Positions 1-12,115 of a DNA stretch of 64,000 bases are shown here, one piece after another (position 1 is the stretch's first letter; every line of letters starts with the position of its first letter). Made by a program: the position numbers and the translations under genes. The notes beneath the pieces were generated by a model. That model worked only from the letters and a program-made list of their open reading frames with translations. It was not told where the DNA came from and ran no database searches. The stretch covers positions 4,712,001-4,776,000 of the forward strand of contig NC_088794.1 in the NCBI RefSeq assembly GCF_011386835.1, read 5' to 3'. The stretch is from Chrysemys picta bellii. Lineage: Eukaryota.

Positions 1-396
1 CGTACAGAGCACCACACCAGGGTTTTTGCAGAGCAGACATTGCTGCTCAGAAAGATCCCTGATTGGTCCACTTCCCAATTGGTCCCTCCCCCCTGCATCA
101 GCAGCTGATTGGCTCATTCCCCTGCAAGCCACAGCTACCAGATCCTGCCTACCCAGGCCCCGGTTCCAGCCATGGGCACAAGGGGATCCTGCAGCGAGGC
201 ACTAACTGATGGCCACTGCTACATCCTGGGCTTGTGCCAGCTGCCCTGCCAGAGAGACACTGTCCCCCACCTCCAATAAGTACCTCCCACCACAGGTGCC
301 CCCTCCAGCACCCCCAATTGTACCCCCAGCTCTCCCCCTCCCCCCTCTGGCAGTGTCCTCTTTTTGAGAACCTGGAACGTTCATAAAAGAAAATAC

Positions 397-468
397 CTTT
401 AAGAAGTTCTTCCCCCACCATCTCTGGGTCTTGGTGAGTCTCTGATTCCTGGTCTGGATTTGAACCAC
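397..468 (-). CDS. Linker exon (72 nt, phase 1-1) of PYD-URGCP/VLIG paralog C
   Basis: Minus strand ctttctag|GTGGTTCAAATCC...CTTCTTAAAG|gtattt, encoding GSNPDQESETHQDPEMVGEELLK. Same length, phase and similar sequence as the gene A linker exon at 19319-19390. Confidence 0.8.
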
Positions 469-652
469 CTAGAAAGACATTGTGGGTGCTTAAAGATCCT
501 CTTGATTAACTTCTCAGATGCATCTTTGTTCATAGCCACACAAATAAGCCAACTCTAGGAGTGGGAGTCAGTCTCTAATTTCTGCAAAATAGTCTTGACA
601 CATGCAGTGAATTTCTCTTGAATTCTTGGTTCTTAAAGTACATCCCGCATAG

Positions 653-1150
653 AGAACAGGAGTATTTCTGGCACCTTAGAGACTAACAAATTTATTTCAG
701 GTTTCAGAGTAGCAGCCGTGTTAGTCTGTATCCGCAAAAAGAAGAACAGGAGTACTTGTGGCACCTTAGAGACTAACAAATTTATTAGAGCATAAGCTTT
801 TGTGGGCTACAGCTCACTTCTTCAGATGCATAGCGTGGAACACACAGACTGAAGATATTTATACATACAGAGAACATGAAAAGGTGGAAGTACGCATACC
901 AACTGTAAGAGGCCAATCAATTGAGATGAGCTATCAGTAGCAGCAGAAGAAAAAACTTTGAAGTGATAATCGAGATGACCCATAGAAGGTGTGAGGAGAA
1001 CTTAACATGGGGGGAAAAAAAATTCAATTAGTGTAATGACCCAGCCATTCCCAGTCTCTGTTTAGACCTAATTGTGTCTAATTTGCATATTAATTCGAGT
1101 TCAGCAGTCTCTCTTTGGAGTCTGTTTTTGAAGTTTTTTTGTTGCAGTGT
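653..1150. mobile_element. Penelope-like retroelement terminal fragment with partial tandem duplication
   Basis: ggtttcagagtagcagccgtgttagtctg...gcaccttagagactaacaaatttat motif, also at 5386, 35220 and 57725. The hammerhead core on the minus strand is mutated (GAAA->AAAA). Confidence 0.7.
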
Positions 1151-1754
1151 GAATCTGGATGTTTTTACAAGCTGTGCAGCGATGACAAAGGACATTCCCC
1201 ATTAATATGTGTGTATTTATGTGGGTGAGACACCTCTGATTTCTCACTCTGATTTCAAATCATAGTTTAGATCTTATTCATTCCATACTTTCATAGTTTA
1301 GCCCTAGCAATATAGTCTCCCGTTTCTTTGTTTATGCAGACTCTCAGGATTGCTGGGTCAATGTAGCTACATAAATATATTTTTTGGTTTGTACCAAATG
1401 TGGCAAGAACAAAAGCTCACTATGCAGAGGACATATCTCTTGAGGGAAACAAACAGGCGAAAAATCCAAATGTTTTTTTTTGCTTTTGTTGAAAACTGGG
1501 AGAAGGAAAAAGTAAAACGTGGATCTGAAGAGGGAGCAAAGATTACCCAAAAAGTATACAAATACACCTAAAATCTAAGAACTTTCTGGAACCTTCTTGC
1601 AAACTCCTGACATGCCTAAAGTATATGGAGAATTAAGTCCATATTTTATCTAGGCTCGTGCATACACATATGACAAAGCAAATGCTACGCAGGGAAGTTG
1701 CAGAGGAGTGACCATAAGAGAAGGGGTTTTATCCCTCCAGGTCTTGTTTCTTAC

Positions 1755-2028
1755 CCCCTCCTGTTGTTTTTGTCAATCTCTCTGCCAGGTCTTGCTGGTT
1801 TATAGCCCTCAGCACCTTCCTAGTCACCTCCACCCCATCGTCATCCTTGCAGCCACGGAGCAGCTCCTCAGTTAGGTCTCTGGGGTCTGCCACCTGCAGC
1901 GTGCTCCAGGGGATGTTTCCAGAGCCTTCTTGCAACTGAATTTCACTCCGTTTGGATGTAAATGTCTCAAACTCTTCTCCCAGGTCTTCCAGGGTTCCCA
2001 GCAGATGATCTCTCACCGTCTCCTCCAT
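1755..2028 (-). CDS. Pyrin domain (PYD) first coding exon of paralog C (divergent PYD)
   Basis: MEETVRDHLLGTLEDLGEEFETF...DLAERLTK. Acceptor tttgcag| with exon start at 2077 and donor G|gtaaga at 1755. 274 coding nt, phase 1. Confidence 0.85.
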
Positions 2029-2122
2029 GTTGCTTCCTCAGAAGACGGACCACAGCCTCAGGAAACTGCTTCTGTGCCTGCAAACAGGAAGCTCAGCAAT
2101 GATTTAATCCCAGAGACAAGCC

Positions 2123-2134
2123 AAAAATGAAACT
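2123..2134 (-). promoter_or_regulatory. ISRE/IRF-like motif upstream of PYD exon C
   Basis: TAGTTTCATTTTT in gene orientation, positionally conserved with A and B. Confidence 0.5.
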
Positions 2135-2235
2135 AAAAGCTCTCCAGTGCACGCTGCGGGGAGCAGCCCCCCTCCCTCCCCTCCGCCAGAGCTGCTCCGC
2201 ACAATGTGCACTGGACCAGGGCTGTGCATTTCACT

Positions 2236-3051
2236 TAGGGTTACCATATCTAATAAATAAAAAAAGAGGACCCTCCACGGGCCCTGGCCCCGCCCATTTC
2301 CCCACCCCTAGCCCCGCCCAACTCTGCCCCTTCCCCGCCCTAACTCCGCCCCTCCCACTCCCACTCCCAGCCAGGGGGAAAGGGCTGCCCGAGCGCTACC
2401 GGCTTCACGGTTTGCCGGGCAGCCCCCAGACCCTGCGCCCCCGGCCGGCGCTTCCCCAGCGCAGCTGGAGCCCGGGAGGGGAAGCGCCCAGCCAGGGGCG
2501 CAGGGTCTGGAGGCTGCCCGGCAAACCGTGAAGCCGGTAGCGCTCGGGCTTTGGGCAGCCCCCTTGCCTCCGGACCCTGCGCCCCCAGCCGGGCACTTCC
2601 CCTCCCGGGCTCCGGCGGCGCAGGGTCCGGAGGCATGGGGGCTGCCCAAAGCCCATAGCGCTCGGCTCTTAAACAGAGCCGAAGAGTCAGGGGAGGAGCA
2701 GAGCCCCCGCAGCCGGACGCTCTGCTCCTCCCCGACTCTTCGGCTCTGTTTAAGAGCCGAGCTGCCCGAGCGCTACCGGCTTCGGGCAGCCCCCATGCCT
2801 CCGGACCCTGCGCCGCCGGAGCCCAGGAGGGGAAGTGCCCGGCCGGCGGCTGGGGTCCAGAGGCAAGGGAGCTGCCTGAAGCCCATAGCGCTCGGGCAGC
2901 TCGGCTCTTAAACAGAGCCGAAGAGTCAGGGGAGGAGCAGAGCCGCCATTTTCCCGGACATGTTCGGCTTTTTGGCAATTCCCCCCAGACGGGGGTTTGA
3001 CTGCCGAAAAGCCGGACATGTCTGGGAAAAAGAGGACGTATGGTAACCCTA
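2236..3051. mobile_element. Young GC-rich non-autonomous hAT element with internal tandem repeats
   Basis: TIRs tagggttaccata / tatggtaacccta, about 8-bp TSD (a)tttcact(t), retained CpGs, repeated cggctcttaaacagagccg units. Confidence 0.85.
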
Positions 3052-3303
3052 TTTCACTTCACCCCCCAAATTCAGAGCTCCAAACACTGAACTGACACTT
3101 CTGATCTATCTTCCTACCAACAATAACTCCTTAGCAGGTTAGTAAGCCTCATTTCACCAAATTCATTCAGCGGCTGGTCTAGTCTAGTACCCTCCAGATG
3201 GAATCTTTCCGGTCTGCGGCTTCAGAGAATGTATCCTGTCTAAACGAATGCCAGGAATAATGGAGCAGAAGTCACACCTTGTGGCACCCCAGACTGTTGC
3301 TTA

Positions 3304-3930
3304 GGCCCGGTCTACACTTAAAATATAGGTTGACTTAACTCTGTTGCTCAGAGATGTGAAAAATCCCCTCCCTCTGTCGCTATGCCAACCTAACTTCAAG
3401 AGTGGATGCATCTAGGTCAGCGGTTCTCAAATTGTGGTTCGGGATCCCAAAGTGGATCACGGCCCTATTTTAATGTGGCCACCAGGTCTGACATTAGGCT
3501 TGCTGGGGGCCGGGGCCTAAGACAAAATCAGAGTCCCGCCACTTGGGGCCGAAGCCTGAGGGCTTCAGCCCTGGGCAGTAGGGCTCAGGTTACAGACCCC
3601 TGGGTCTGAAGCCCTTGGGCTTCAGTTTTCCCCCCTGCTCCCTGCAGGGCGGTGGGGGCTCAAGCAGGCTCAGGCTTCAGTCCTCCCTCCTGGGGTCATT
3701 TTTATTGTCAGAAGGGGGTCACAGTGCAGTGAAGTTGGAGAACCCCTGATCTCGGTGAATGGAAGAATGCTTCCATTGCCGTAGCTACTGTTGTTCAGGG
3801 AGGTGGTGTTCCTATGCCAACAGAAACACCCCTTCCATCACTGCAGGCTGCATCTACCCAGTGGGATTATGTTGGTATAGCTACAGCAAAGTAGACATGC
3901 CGGTGTAAACCACCATAGTGTAGACATACA
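3304..3930. mobile_element. Harbinger-like MITE (ggtctacact termini) with nested Charlie-type hAT MITE (~3416-3750)
   Basis: ggcccggtctacact ... agtgtagacat ends; internal gcggttctcaaa ... ggagaacccctg. Confidence 0.6.
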
Positions 3931-4339
3931 CTGAGACCTGGTCTATGCTTAAAAGTTAGGTTGTAGCTTTGTACAGTGCGAATTCATACCTCCGAGCACT
4001 GTAGCAATGCCAGCCTGACCACTGGTGTAGTGGTGGCTAGATCCATGGAAGAATTCTTCCATCGACCTCACTGCCGCCACTTGGGGAGGTGGATTACCTA
4101 CAGTGATTTGAAGACCCCTTTCATCGCTGTAGGAAGTATCTACCCTATGGCACTATAGGGGCACAGCTGCACCACCATAGCGGTGCTGCTGTAGCACCTG
4201 TAGTGTAGTCGTGGCCTTAGTCAACGTTTCTAGCGCCCATGCTCATTCTCTCTCACTCTCACATACAGAATGAGAGAATCAAGAAACGAACAGTTTCTAG
4301 ATTGCTTAGTAACCTGGGTGTGAGCAAACAATATACATT

Positions 4340-5085
4340 TTAATACAGCTAAATATAAAGGTATACATCTAGGCACAAAGAACGCAGGCCATCCTTACAC
4401 AATTTGGGCCTCTATCCTGGGAAGCAATGACTCTGGGAAAGATTTTGGGGGTCATGGTGGAGAACCAGTTGAACATGAGTTCCCGGTGTGACGCTGTGGC
4501 TAAAAGAGCTCCTGTGATCCAGGTGAATCTCAAATAGGAGCAGAGAGTTTATTTTACCTCTATATTTGGCACTAGTTCGACTGCTGGTGGAATACAGTGT
4601 CCATTTCTGGCACCCAAAATTCAAGAAGGATGTTAATAAACTGGAGAGGGGTCGAGAAGAGCCAGGAGAATGATTAAAGTATTGGACAACTTGCCTTAGA
4701 GTGACAGACTCCAGGAGCTCAATCTATTTAGTTTAACAAAGAGAAATTGAGGGGTGACTTGATCCCAGTCTCTAAGTACCTACACGGGGAACAAATATTT
4801 AATAACAGGCTCTTCAATTTAGCAGAGAAAGGTCTAACATGATCTGATGGCTGGAAATTTAAGCTAGATGAATTCAGACTGGAAATAAGGTGTGACATTT
4901 TTAACAGTGAGTAATTAACCACTGGAACAACTTACCAAGAATTGGGGTGAATTCTCCATCACTGACCATTTTTAATTGAAGTTAAGATGTTTGTTTAACA
5001 GATCTGCTCTGGAAATTATTTTGGGGCCGTTCTAGGACCTATGGTATCCAGGTCAGACTAGATAACCACAACGTTCCCTGCTGGT
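4340..5085 (+). mobile_element. CR1 LINE 3' fragment (degraded)
   Basis: ORF2 C-terminal-like sequence (aaactggagaggg...gagaagagcc, tttagtttaacaaagagaa) and CR1 3'UTR features. Confidence 0.8.
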
Positions 5086-5440
5086 CCTGGAAGCTCTGAA
5101 GATTTTGTTCTACTGACCTTTCAGAAGAAGCCAAGGAAGGGAAGAGAAGAGAGCAGGAAATGTTGCCGGGGGGGCGGCAAAGGCACCATGCACATATATT
5201 GGATTCTGCTGTGCCATTGTCAATCCTGTCAGTGAATCTCTGGGTCCAGATTTTGAATTGTTTACATGGCTTGAACCTGCTTATCTCAAGGCCATTTGAT
5301 TAGACGGATGAGCTGAAATAGCTGTATTCAGCTGAGAAAACTGATCTAATCTCTGCATATTAAAAAGGTCTCTTTTAGGGCCCAAGTTTCAGAGGCGTCG
5401 CCGTGTTAGTCTGTTTCAGCAAAAACAACAAGGAGCCCAC

Positions 5441-5480
5441 GCATCTGACGAAGTGGGTTCCAGCCCACGAAAGCTTCTGT
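5441..5480 (+). ncRNA. Minimal type I hammerhead ribozyme motif in a Penelope end
   Basis: gcat-CTGACGA-A-GTGGG ttccag CCCAC-GAAA-GCTT-C-tgt: catalytic core, stem II and palindromic AAGCTT stem III. Confidence 0.6.
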
Positions 5481-6005
5481 CCAAATCAATTTGTTAGTCT
5501 CTAAGGTGCCGCAGGACTCCTTGATGTTTTTATTAGAGCACGGTGGCAGCTCTGTTGTTGTTGAGTCTGAGGGTCACTCAAGCTCAGATCCACAAAGAAT
5601 CTATATCATTGCAGAGGTTTAAGGGTGACTGCTTTACGTGCTCTAAAATCCCCATGCTGATTCAGCTTGTTTGGAAATTTGCTGTATCTCATGAGGGTGT
5701 GGGGTAAAGGTTGTGGTCATTTGAGCATGAGGCTCTTGTGAAACTGCCCTTCCCCCACCCCTCCAGTCGTGTGTTTACAATCGATTCTGGTTCTGATCAT
5801 GGCTTTTTGTCCACACATAGGGTTCAAACGATGGCGCAGATCCTCCCCAGACTGATATCATGGGCTCTCAGAATTGATCTCAGCTTGCGTATGGGAACCC
5901 ACGGTCCCTCTGGGGAAGCAGTATTGAGAGCGTTATTGAGGGTAAAGTTTTCTCGGCAGATAGGTTGGAGCCTAACACCTAAACTGTCCAAAAATGTATT
6001 GGCTC

Positions 6006-6984
6006 TGTCAAGGCTGTATCCCCACTCTGAACTTTAGGGTACAAATGTAGGGGCCTGCATGAAGACTTCTAAGCTTAACTACCAGCTTAGCTCTGGTCCG
6101 CTGCCACCATCTCAAAGCTAATCCCCTTCCCTGGGAAGCCTTGAGAGACCTTCACCAATTCCCTGGTGAATACAGATCCAAACCCCTTGGATCTTAAAAC
6201 AAGGAGAAATTAACCATCCCCCCTCCTTCCTCCCAACAACTCCTGGTGAATCAAGATCCAACCCCCTTGGATCTTAAAACAAGGAAAAATCAATCAGGTT
6301 CTTAAAAAGAAGGCTTTTAATTAAAGAAAAAGGTAAAAATCATCTCTGTAAAATCAGTATGGAAAATAACTTTACAGGGTAATCAAACTTAAAGAGCTCA
6401 GAGGACTCCCCTCTAGTCTTAGGTTCAAAGTACAGCAAACAAAGATAAACACTCTAGTAAAAGGTACATTTACAAGATGAGAAAACAAAGGAAAACTAAG
6501 ACGCCTTGCCTGGCTATTTACTTACAAGTTTGAAATAGGAGAGACTTGTTTAGAAAGATGTGGAGAACCTGGATTGATGTCTGGTCCCTCTCAGTCCCAA
6601 GAGCGAACCAACTCCCAAACAAAGAGCACAAACAAAAGCCTTCCCCCCGGGTTTGCGCATTGGCCTGCTAAACCCAGGGTTGTGAGTTCAATCCTTGAGG
6701 GGGCAATTTGGGAATTTAGTTGGGGATTACTCCTTCTTTGAGCAGGGGCTTGGACTAGATGATCTCCTGAGGTCCCTTCCAACCCTGGTATTCTATGATT
6801 CACTGTCTCTCCCCCAAGATTTGAAAGTATCTTGTCCCCTTATTGGTCCTTTGGGTCAGGTGCCAGCCAGGTTACCTGAGCTTCCTAACCCTTTACAGGG
6901 AAAAGGATTTTGGAGTCTCTGGCCAGGAGGGATTATAGTACTGTACACAGGACAGCTGTTACCCTTCCCTTTATAGTTATGACA
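6006..6984 (-). mobile_element. Solo LTR (Gypsy-like) with 5-bp TSD
   Basis: TGTCA...TGACA termini flanked by GGCTC on both sides (6001-6005, 6985-6989). A related LTR end lies at 53280-53707. Confidence 0.85.
6649..6801 (+). mobile_element. 5'-truncated tRNA-derived tortoise-type PolIII SINE nested in the LTR
   Basis: cattggcctgctaaacccagggttgtgagttcaatcc head remnant, plus CR1-type tail ending attctatgattc. Confidence 0.85.
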
Positions 6985-9900
6985 GGCTCGATCGGGGCTA
7001 GCACTGTGTGATGAAGCAGAGAAACTACCAGCCAGCACAGCAAGGGTTAAAGACAGCTTGCCTGCCCCATTATATCTGTGGCCAACACCAGGCCTGGAGC
7101 GAGGAGAAAAGAGAAGCTGGCTCAGTTGAGGGCTGACTGACGGGCAAAGAGGCAGGAGCGAGGGCTGCCGCCTGGAAGCAAGCACTGGCTCCCCAGCCAA
7201 GGGAGACTGAAGGAACACCCCCAGCACTGGAGGTAGCTGACTGAGGGAACCCCAGACACATTGTGGGGCTCGCCCGCTCCAGCTTGCGGCTGCCCCACCT
7301 AAAGGGACCCAGGACCAAAGAAAGGTGCTGCCCTGGACCCAAGAGGGAACCTGATGGGCAGCAAGCCACCGGTAGATTGGACTAGAGAGGCTATGCCTCA
7401 AACTGAACACGCTCATAGGAAGTAGTCTGAGATGGCTCAGCCCAGGAGGGGGCTGAGAGCCTGATGATCTAACCCCTAGGCTGCATGGCCACACAAGACC
7501 CTTGTCACCCACAGGTTTATCTCCTTGAGCTGGGAGTCGCAGCTCCAGCTCCAAGTGTGGACATACCCTAGGGCTCTGTTGGAGCCGGGTGGCTTGCAGG
7601 CAGTGTGCTGTACTGGAAGCTGGGGGGCTCAAAGTGCCCTGCTGCAGCCAGGGAATCTGAGTTACACATGTTTGCCGTGAGTTTTGAGCCCTGTCCATGG
7701 CAGCTTTCAGAGAACTCATTGGCTTTGGACGTTTGGCCCTGAGCCTAAAATTTCGGGTTGGAGGCGATAGTTTGAAGTGCTCTAAGATCCACGCCCAGGC
7801 TCTAGTTTAAATTGTAGAATTATTCTCAAGGAAGTGAGTGTTGATTAAACAGAGGGAAGATGAAAGAACGCTAGGAGGCAGCTGGCTTAATGGTACCATC
7901 CTCCCCAAGCGTTTCCGGAACAACGGCACGGAGTGTGACCAAAGGAAAGCAAGTGGCCGGTCCTTTAGTCAAAGGGTTCAGCTCTTCTGCTTATCATGTA
8001 TGCAGGGACATAACTCTTATATGGTGCAGTATGAGGGAATATGTGGTGGGGGTGGGAAGGGTGGAAAGTGGGGGCCTCCAACCTGCACCCCTTAGGGCTG
8101 TGCTCTGGTGAAGATACTGAGGGGCCAGCGCACCCCTAGACAACAACTCTTATTAGGGTCAGGGATCACTCAAAGACTGTGTCTTTGAAAAGCCAGTTCG
8201 GTGACTATAGCATTGATGAAGAACTGGGTTTCCAAAAAAGTAACTTTTCTATGATTTCCCCCCAATGAATAAGGGATCATCCTCAAAGGGACTGTAACAG
8301 TGTGGCTTTCCCCTTAAAAAGGCCAGAGGCCTGGAGATGGCCAGCCCCATCCAATTAACCCTGCCTGCCGCACCTGGGGTTTAACTGGGTGTGGAGGTGA
8401 AGGGCAGAGGGGGATGCTTGGTGGAGGAGGAGAGAGCATGAGCACACGGCATGGAGTTTGATGAGTGTGAGTTGGCTTCAAGAGGGAACCTTGAGTCTTC
8501 AGGGCAAAGGGCTCCAGGCAGGGAAGCCCGGGGAGAACCCCGGTGGGAAAGAGACTGGGAGTATGGACATGATGGGGTTTCTGAGAACTTGACTTTAAGG
8601 ATGATTTTGTTATGTGAGTAAATGGAGCCCCGAGGAGGACTGTGGCTGCACTAGAGAAGGTCGATTTGTTAGTGTGTTTTAAAGGGCCCTGGACTGAAGA
8701 AGAGGGAAACTGAGGGAGGGTGACTGCAGAGCAACATTGGGCCACCAAGTGGCACTTGGGAGGCAGCCAGCCTATGTGCAAGGACCTCTGCTCTCTGGGC
8801 GGGCTCAGAAATGCGCACAGAGCAAAATCGTAAGGGTGGAAAATTGGGCACATTTCCAACTGAGGTGGGGAAGGAAGTGCAGCCATATGTGCTCACCCCC
8901 CAAAACACCCTTCACCCTCCACAATCTCTCTCCCTGTTGCTCCACCAGGCCAAGGTGAGGAGGCTGTGCTTCCATCCACTGCTCCCCGATTAGGGGAAGA
9001 AACCTAGAACTCCGTCTTCCCCCAACTGCTCCCAGCCATGGGAAAGGGGCTCCAGGCTCACCCTCCCACTGATGTGGCTGCTTCTGGGGGCAAAGAAAGA
9101 TCAGAGCTGGGCAGGGAGAGCCGGTGGGGTCAGTGTCGTGCAGTGGGAGATACCCATGTCCCTCTCCCCACTTCAGGAATGTCCCCATTGACTCTGCACT
9201 AGTCTCTGCACTGTTCCTGCATCCTTGCCCCAGCTCCTCACAAGGTGGGTCCCGTGTCGATATGACCCTCCCTGATGATGCGGCATTGGGTGTGCTGGAC
9301 AGGCAGAGGTGAGAGCCACGGCGATGATGAAAGGACTTATGGCTGATGGTCCAAACCTGAGCTAAACCAGCCCCTTTGCTCACACGTTTCCTAGGGCTTC
9401 ATGGCCTCCCAGGGGTTTCTGGTGAGCCTGCTTCCTGCAGTGTCCCACTCCCAGCCAGCTCTGCTCCCTTTCTGGAATGCCGGCCCTAGGGTTACCTCCC
9501 CGGGCAACTGGCCCCTTCTCCCAGGAGCCACCAGAGGAATTAACACCACTCTGAGGCTGCCCCTGCCCTCTGACAGGTCTTTTTGGGTATGTCTGTGCTG
9601 CAAAGAAAAACCCGCAGTCCTGAGTCTCAGCGTCCGGGTCAATTGACTCGGGGTCACGGGGCTCAGACTGCTGGACTACAAATAAACCATGTAGACGTTC
9701 CCTCTTGGGCTGGAGCCCGTGTTATGAAACTTGGGGAGGGGTCTCAGAGTCTGGGCTCCCGCCCGAGCAGGAATGTCTACATGACTATTTTTAGCCTGGG
9801 AGCCAGAGCCAGTTGACCTGGGTTGTGTGAGACCTGGTGCCTCAGGGTTTTCATGGCAATGTAGACATGCCTTATAGCCCTAGATGTAGCCCTTTAAGTA

Positions 9901-11499
9901 GCTCAGCTTGGCCCACCTGCTCTAACACGGGGGAACTCAGCCTGCACGATTTTCTGAAACGTTTAGTTTGCTTTCAGGCTGCTTATGCAAAATGGGCCCA
10001 CCCTGTGAACAGACCGATAGCGTTCTTTAGGATCACTCAGCCAAAGATCAGACTTAGCCCTTCCGTGTACTGTAAGAGGGTTGTGTTTATTTGGTGTATG
10101 TTTCTAGATTTTACAGCAATTCCAGTGTGACTCAAATTATAACATACTTCTTATAATAAAGAACTCTCTATAAAGTTGAAGGACTGCTGATAAGAAGGGG
10201 AGTCATCAGCCTCACCACCGTGGCATGAGAGAAATGAGGACTCAGGAACTGGAATGGATCAAGACATAAACACTATAGGCCCATTACTAGTGCCTCAGCT
10301 TCAGGAGTCATGTGATTACAGCAAAACCTCAGCTTTCATTTTAAGCAAAGGTTTTAGCGCTGAAGAAAAGTTGGCTGCTGTTGAGAACTGATCAAAGAAG
10401 CAAACAAAATATGAGCATTTATAAAAGATGTCTGGTTCTTTTAAAAGGATTTTGTAATGTAGTCGATGGGGCATTTTAAAAATTAATCCTATTTAAACAC
10501 ATGCAAGTTTCTCCTCAAGTTTCCCAATCATTGGCCTTCTCCATGTTCCGACCCAATAGGATCTAAAGTTTGCTTCCCCTTCTTCCCTTTTCAGCACATC
10601 CTTCAGGTAGCGAGGGAAGATGATTTTATCATCGTTCAAGAGTCATCATATATAAAGGTTAGGAATAAAGAATTCTGAGGGGAAGAGAGCCAAGGTAAAT
10701 TTGAAAACAAATGTTACAGAAATCGTATTGCAATTGTTCATTAAACATGACATGATTTTACTTAGCTGGAAAAAAAATCTCAATTTTAAACATTTTACCG
10801 CCTTGGATCACACATTGCCTAGTAAGGAAGAAGACTGAGCTGCTCCCTCCAGATAAGAAGTGGATAATTTGTGGCAATGGAGCAGAGGCGGTGCGTGACT
10901 CCTGCGTTTCGGGAGGCTGGGCGGCATAAGTGCTGGAAGCTCCCTAGAAATTGGGGGAGCCACCGGCACATGGACCGTGGCCCCACCCCCTGCTCTGCTC
11001 TGAGGCCGACACCCACTTGGCCTCCTTCCCCTGAGGTCCCGCCCGTGTTCACCCAACTCCACCCCAGCCCTGGCCTCCCATCCGCAAAGCTCCGCCCACA
11101 CACCTGCCACTCTTCGCCCCCTCCCCTGTGGCCCTACCCGACCCACTGTTCGTGTCTCTCCACCCTGAGCGGTGAGCGGGGAGGGTCCTCAAGGTGGAGC
11201 ATGGCGAGGCTACAGCCCAGATGCCCTTTTGACGGTGGCGCTCACTAGAGTTTTGTTGGCATGAGTATGTCACTAGGGGTTGTGGTTTTATCAGGCCCCT
11301 GACTGGCGTAGCTATGCCGGCATAAGTTTTAAGTGTAGACCAGGCCGAAGCAGATCAAAGGTGATGCTTAAAAATGCTAATTACAGAGCTGCATTTTTGC
11401 ATATTCCTCACTTCAATTCTGTTATAAATCACCATGATGCAAAATGTGAGGGGGAAAAAATCTTTCCCTGTTGAACTCTCTTTAGAAACTCTGAATTTT

Positions 11500-11950
11500 G
11501 TTACAGAATCTGCTGCCGTGTTTCGGATCCTTCAGTGGCCTCTGTGATCACAACAGCAAGCTTGCTACGAAGCTGTGGACCTACAGAACCACAGTTATGG
11601 CAACTCCGTTGTACGGCGGTGAAACATGGGCACTAAGGGACACCGGACTGAAGTTTTCAGTTCTCGTCCTCAGCTGCTCCGTATCCCGTGGCAGGACTTG
11701 ATCGGCAATGAGGACATGTGAAGCTGAACCCAGCAATTGCCGGCATCAGCATGGCTGCAGGTTCGGTGGCTTTGTTGGCATGAATGTAGTATTAAGATGG
11801 AAGACCAACAAATTCTAAAAGGTATTTACCAGGGAATGTTGCTACGTGGCCGGTGATCTTGTGGGCACCACAATATCGCTAGTGATGGACGTAAACTGAA
11901 TAACCACCTGAACATCACCTGAAGGATGTAGCCAGAGATCAGTCCAGGTG
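11500..11950 (+). mobile_element. Old RTE-clade LINE 3' remnant
   Basis: Translates to TKLWTYRTTVMATPLYGGETWAL and IPWQDLIGNED, matching the RTE ORF C-terminal pattern. Confidence 0.65.
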
Positions 11951-12115
11951 GTGCTCGGTCTGCAAGTAAGCCACATCTCTTTAGGATTTCCCATAATCAC
12001 GATTTTCATGAGCTAAAGAAATATGTGCATAAGAAGCGATATTTTTGCATGCAATTAACAAAACAAAACAAAAAAACCCAAACACACCCTGGTTTTTTGC
12101 CTATGTCCATCCCAC

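Noticed and set aside
1350-1571. 73-aa plus-strand ORF in the intron of paralog C
   Set aside because: No homology, no splice context, and a length within chance expectation.
2127-3019. Several overlapping 80-212 aa ORFs
   Set aside because: They lie inside a GC-rich hAT MITE with tandem repeats, where stop-poor composition explains them.
9176-9308. Exon-like segment with acceptor and donor on the plus strand
   Set aside because: No recognisable protein similarity and no partner exons.
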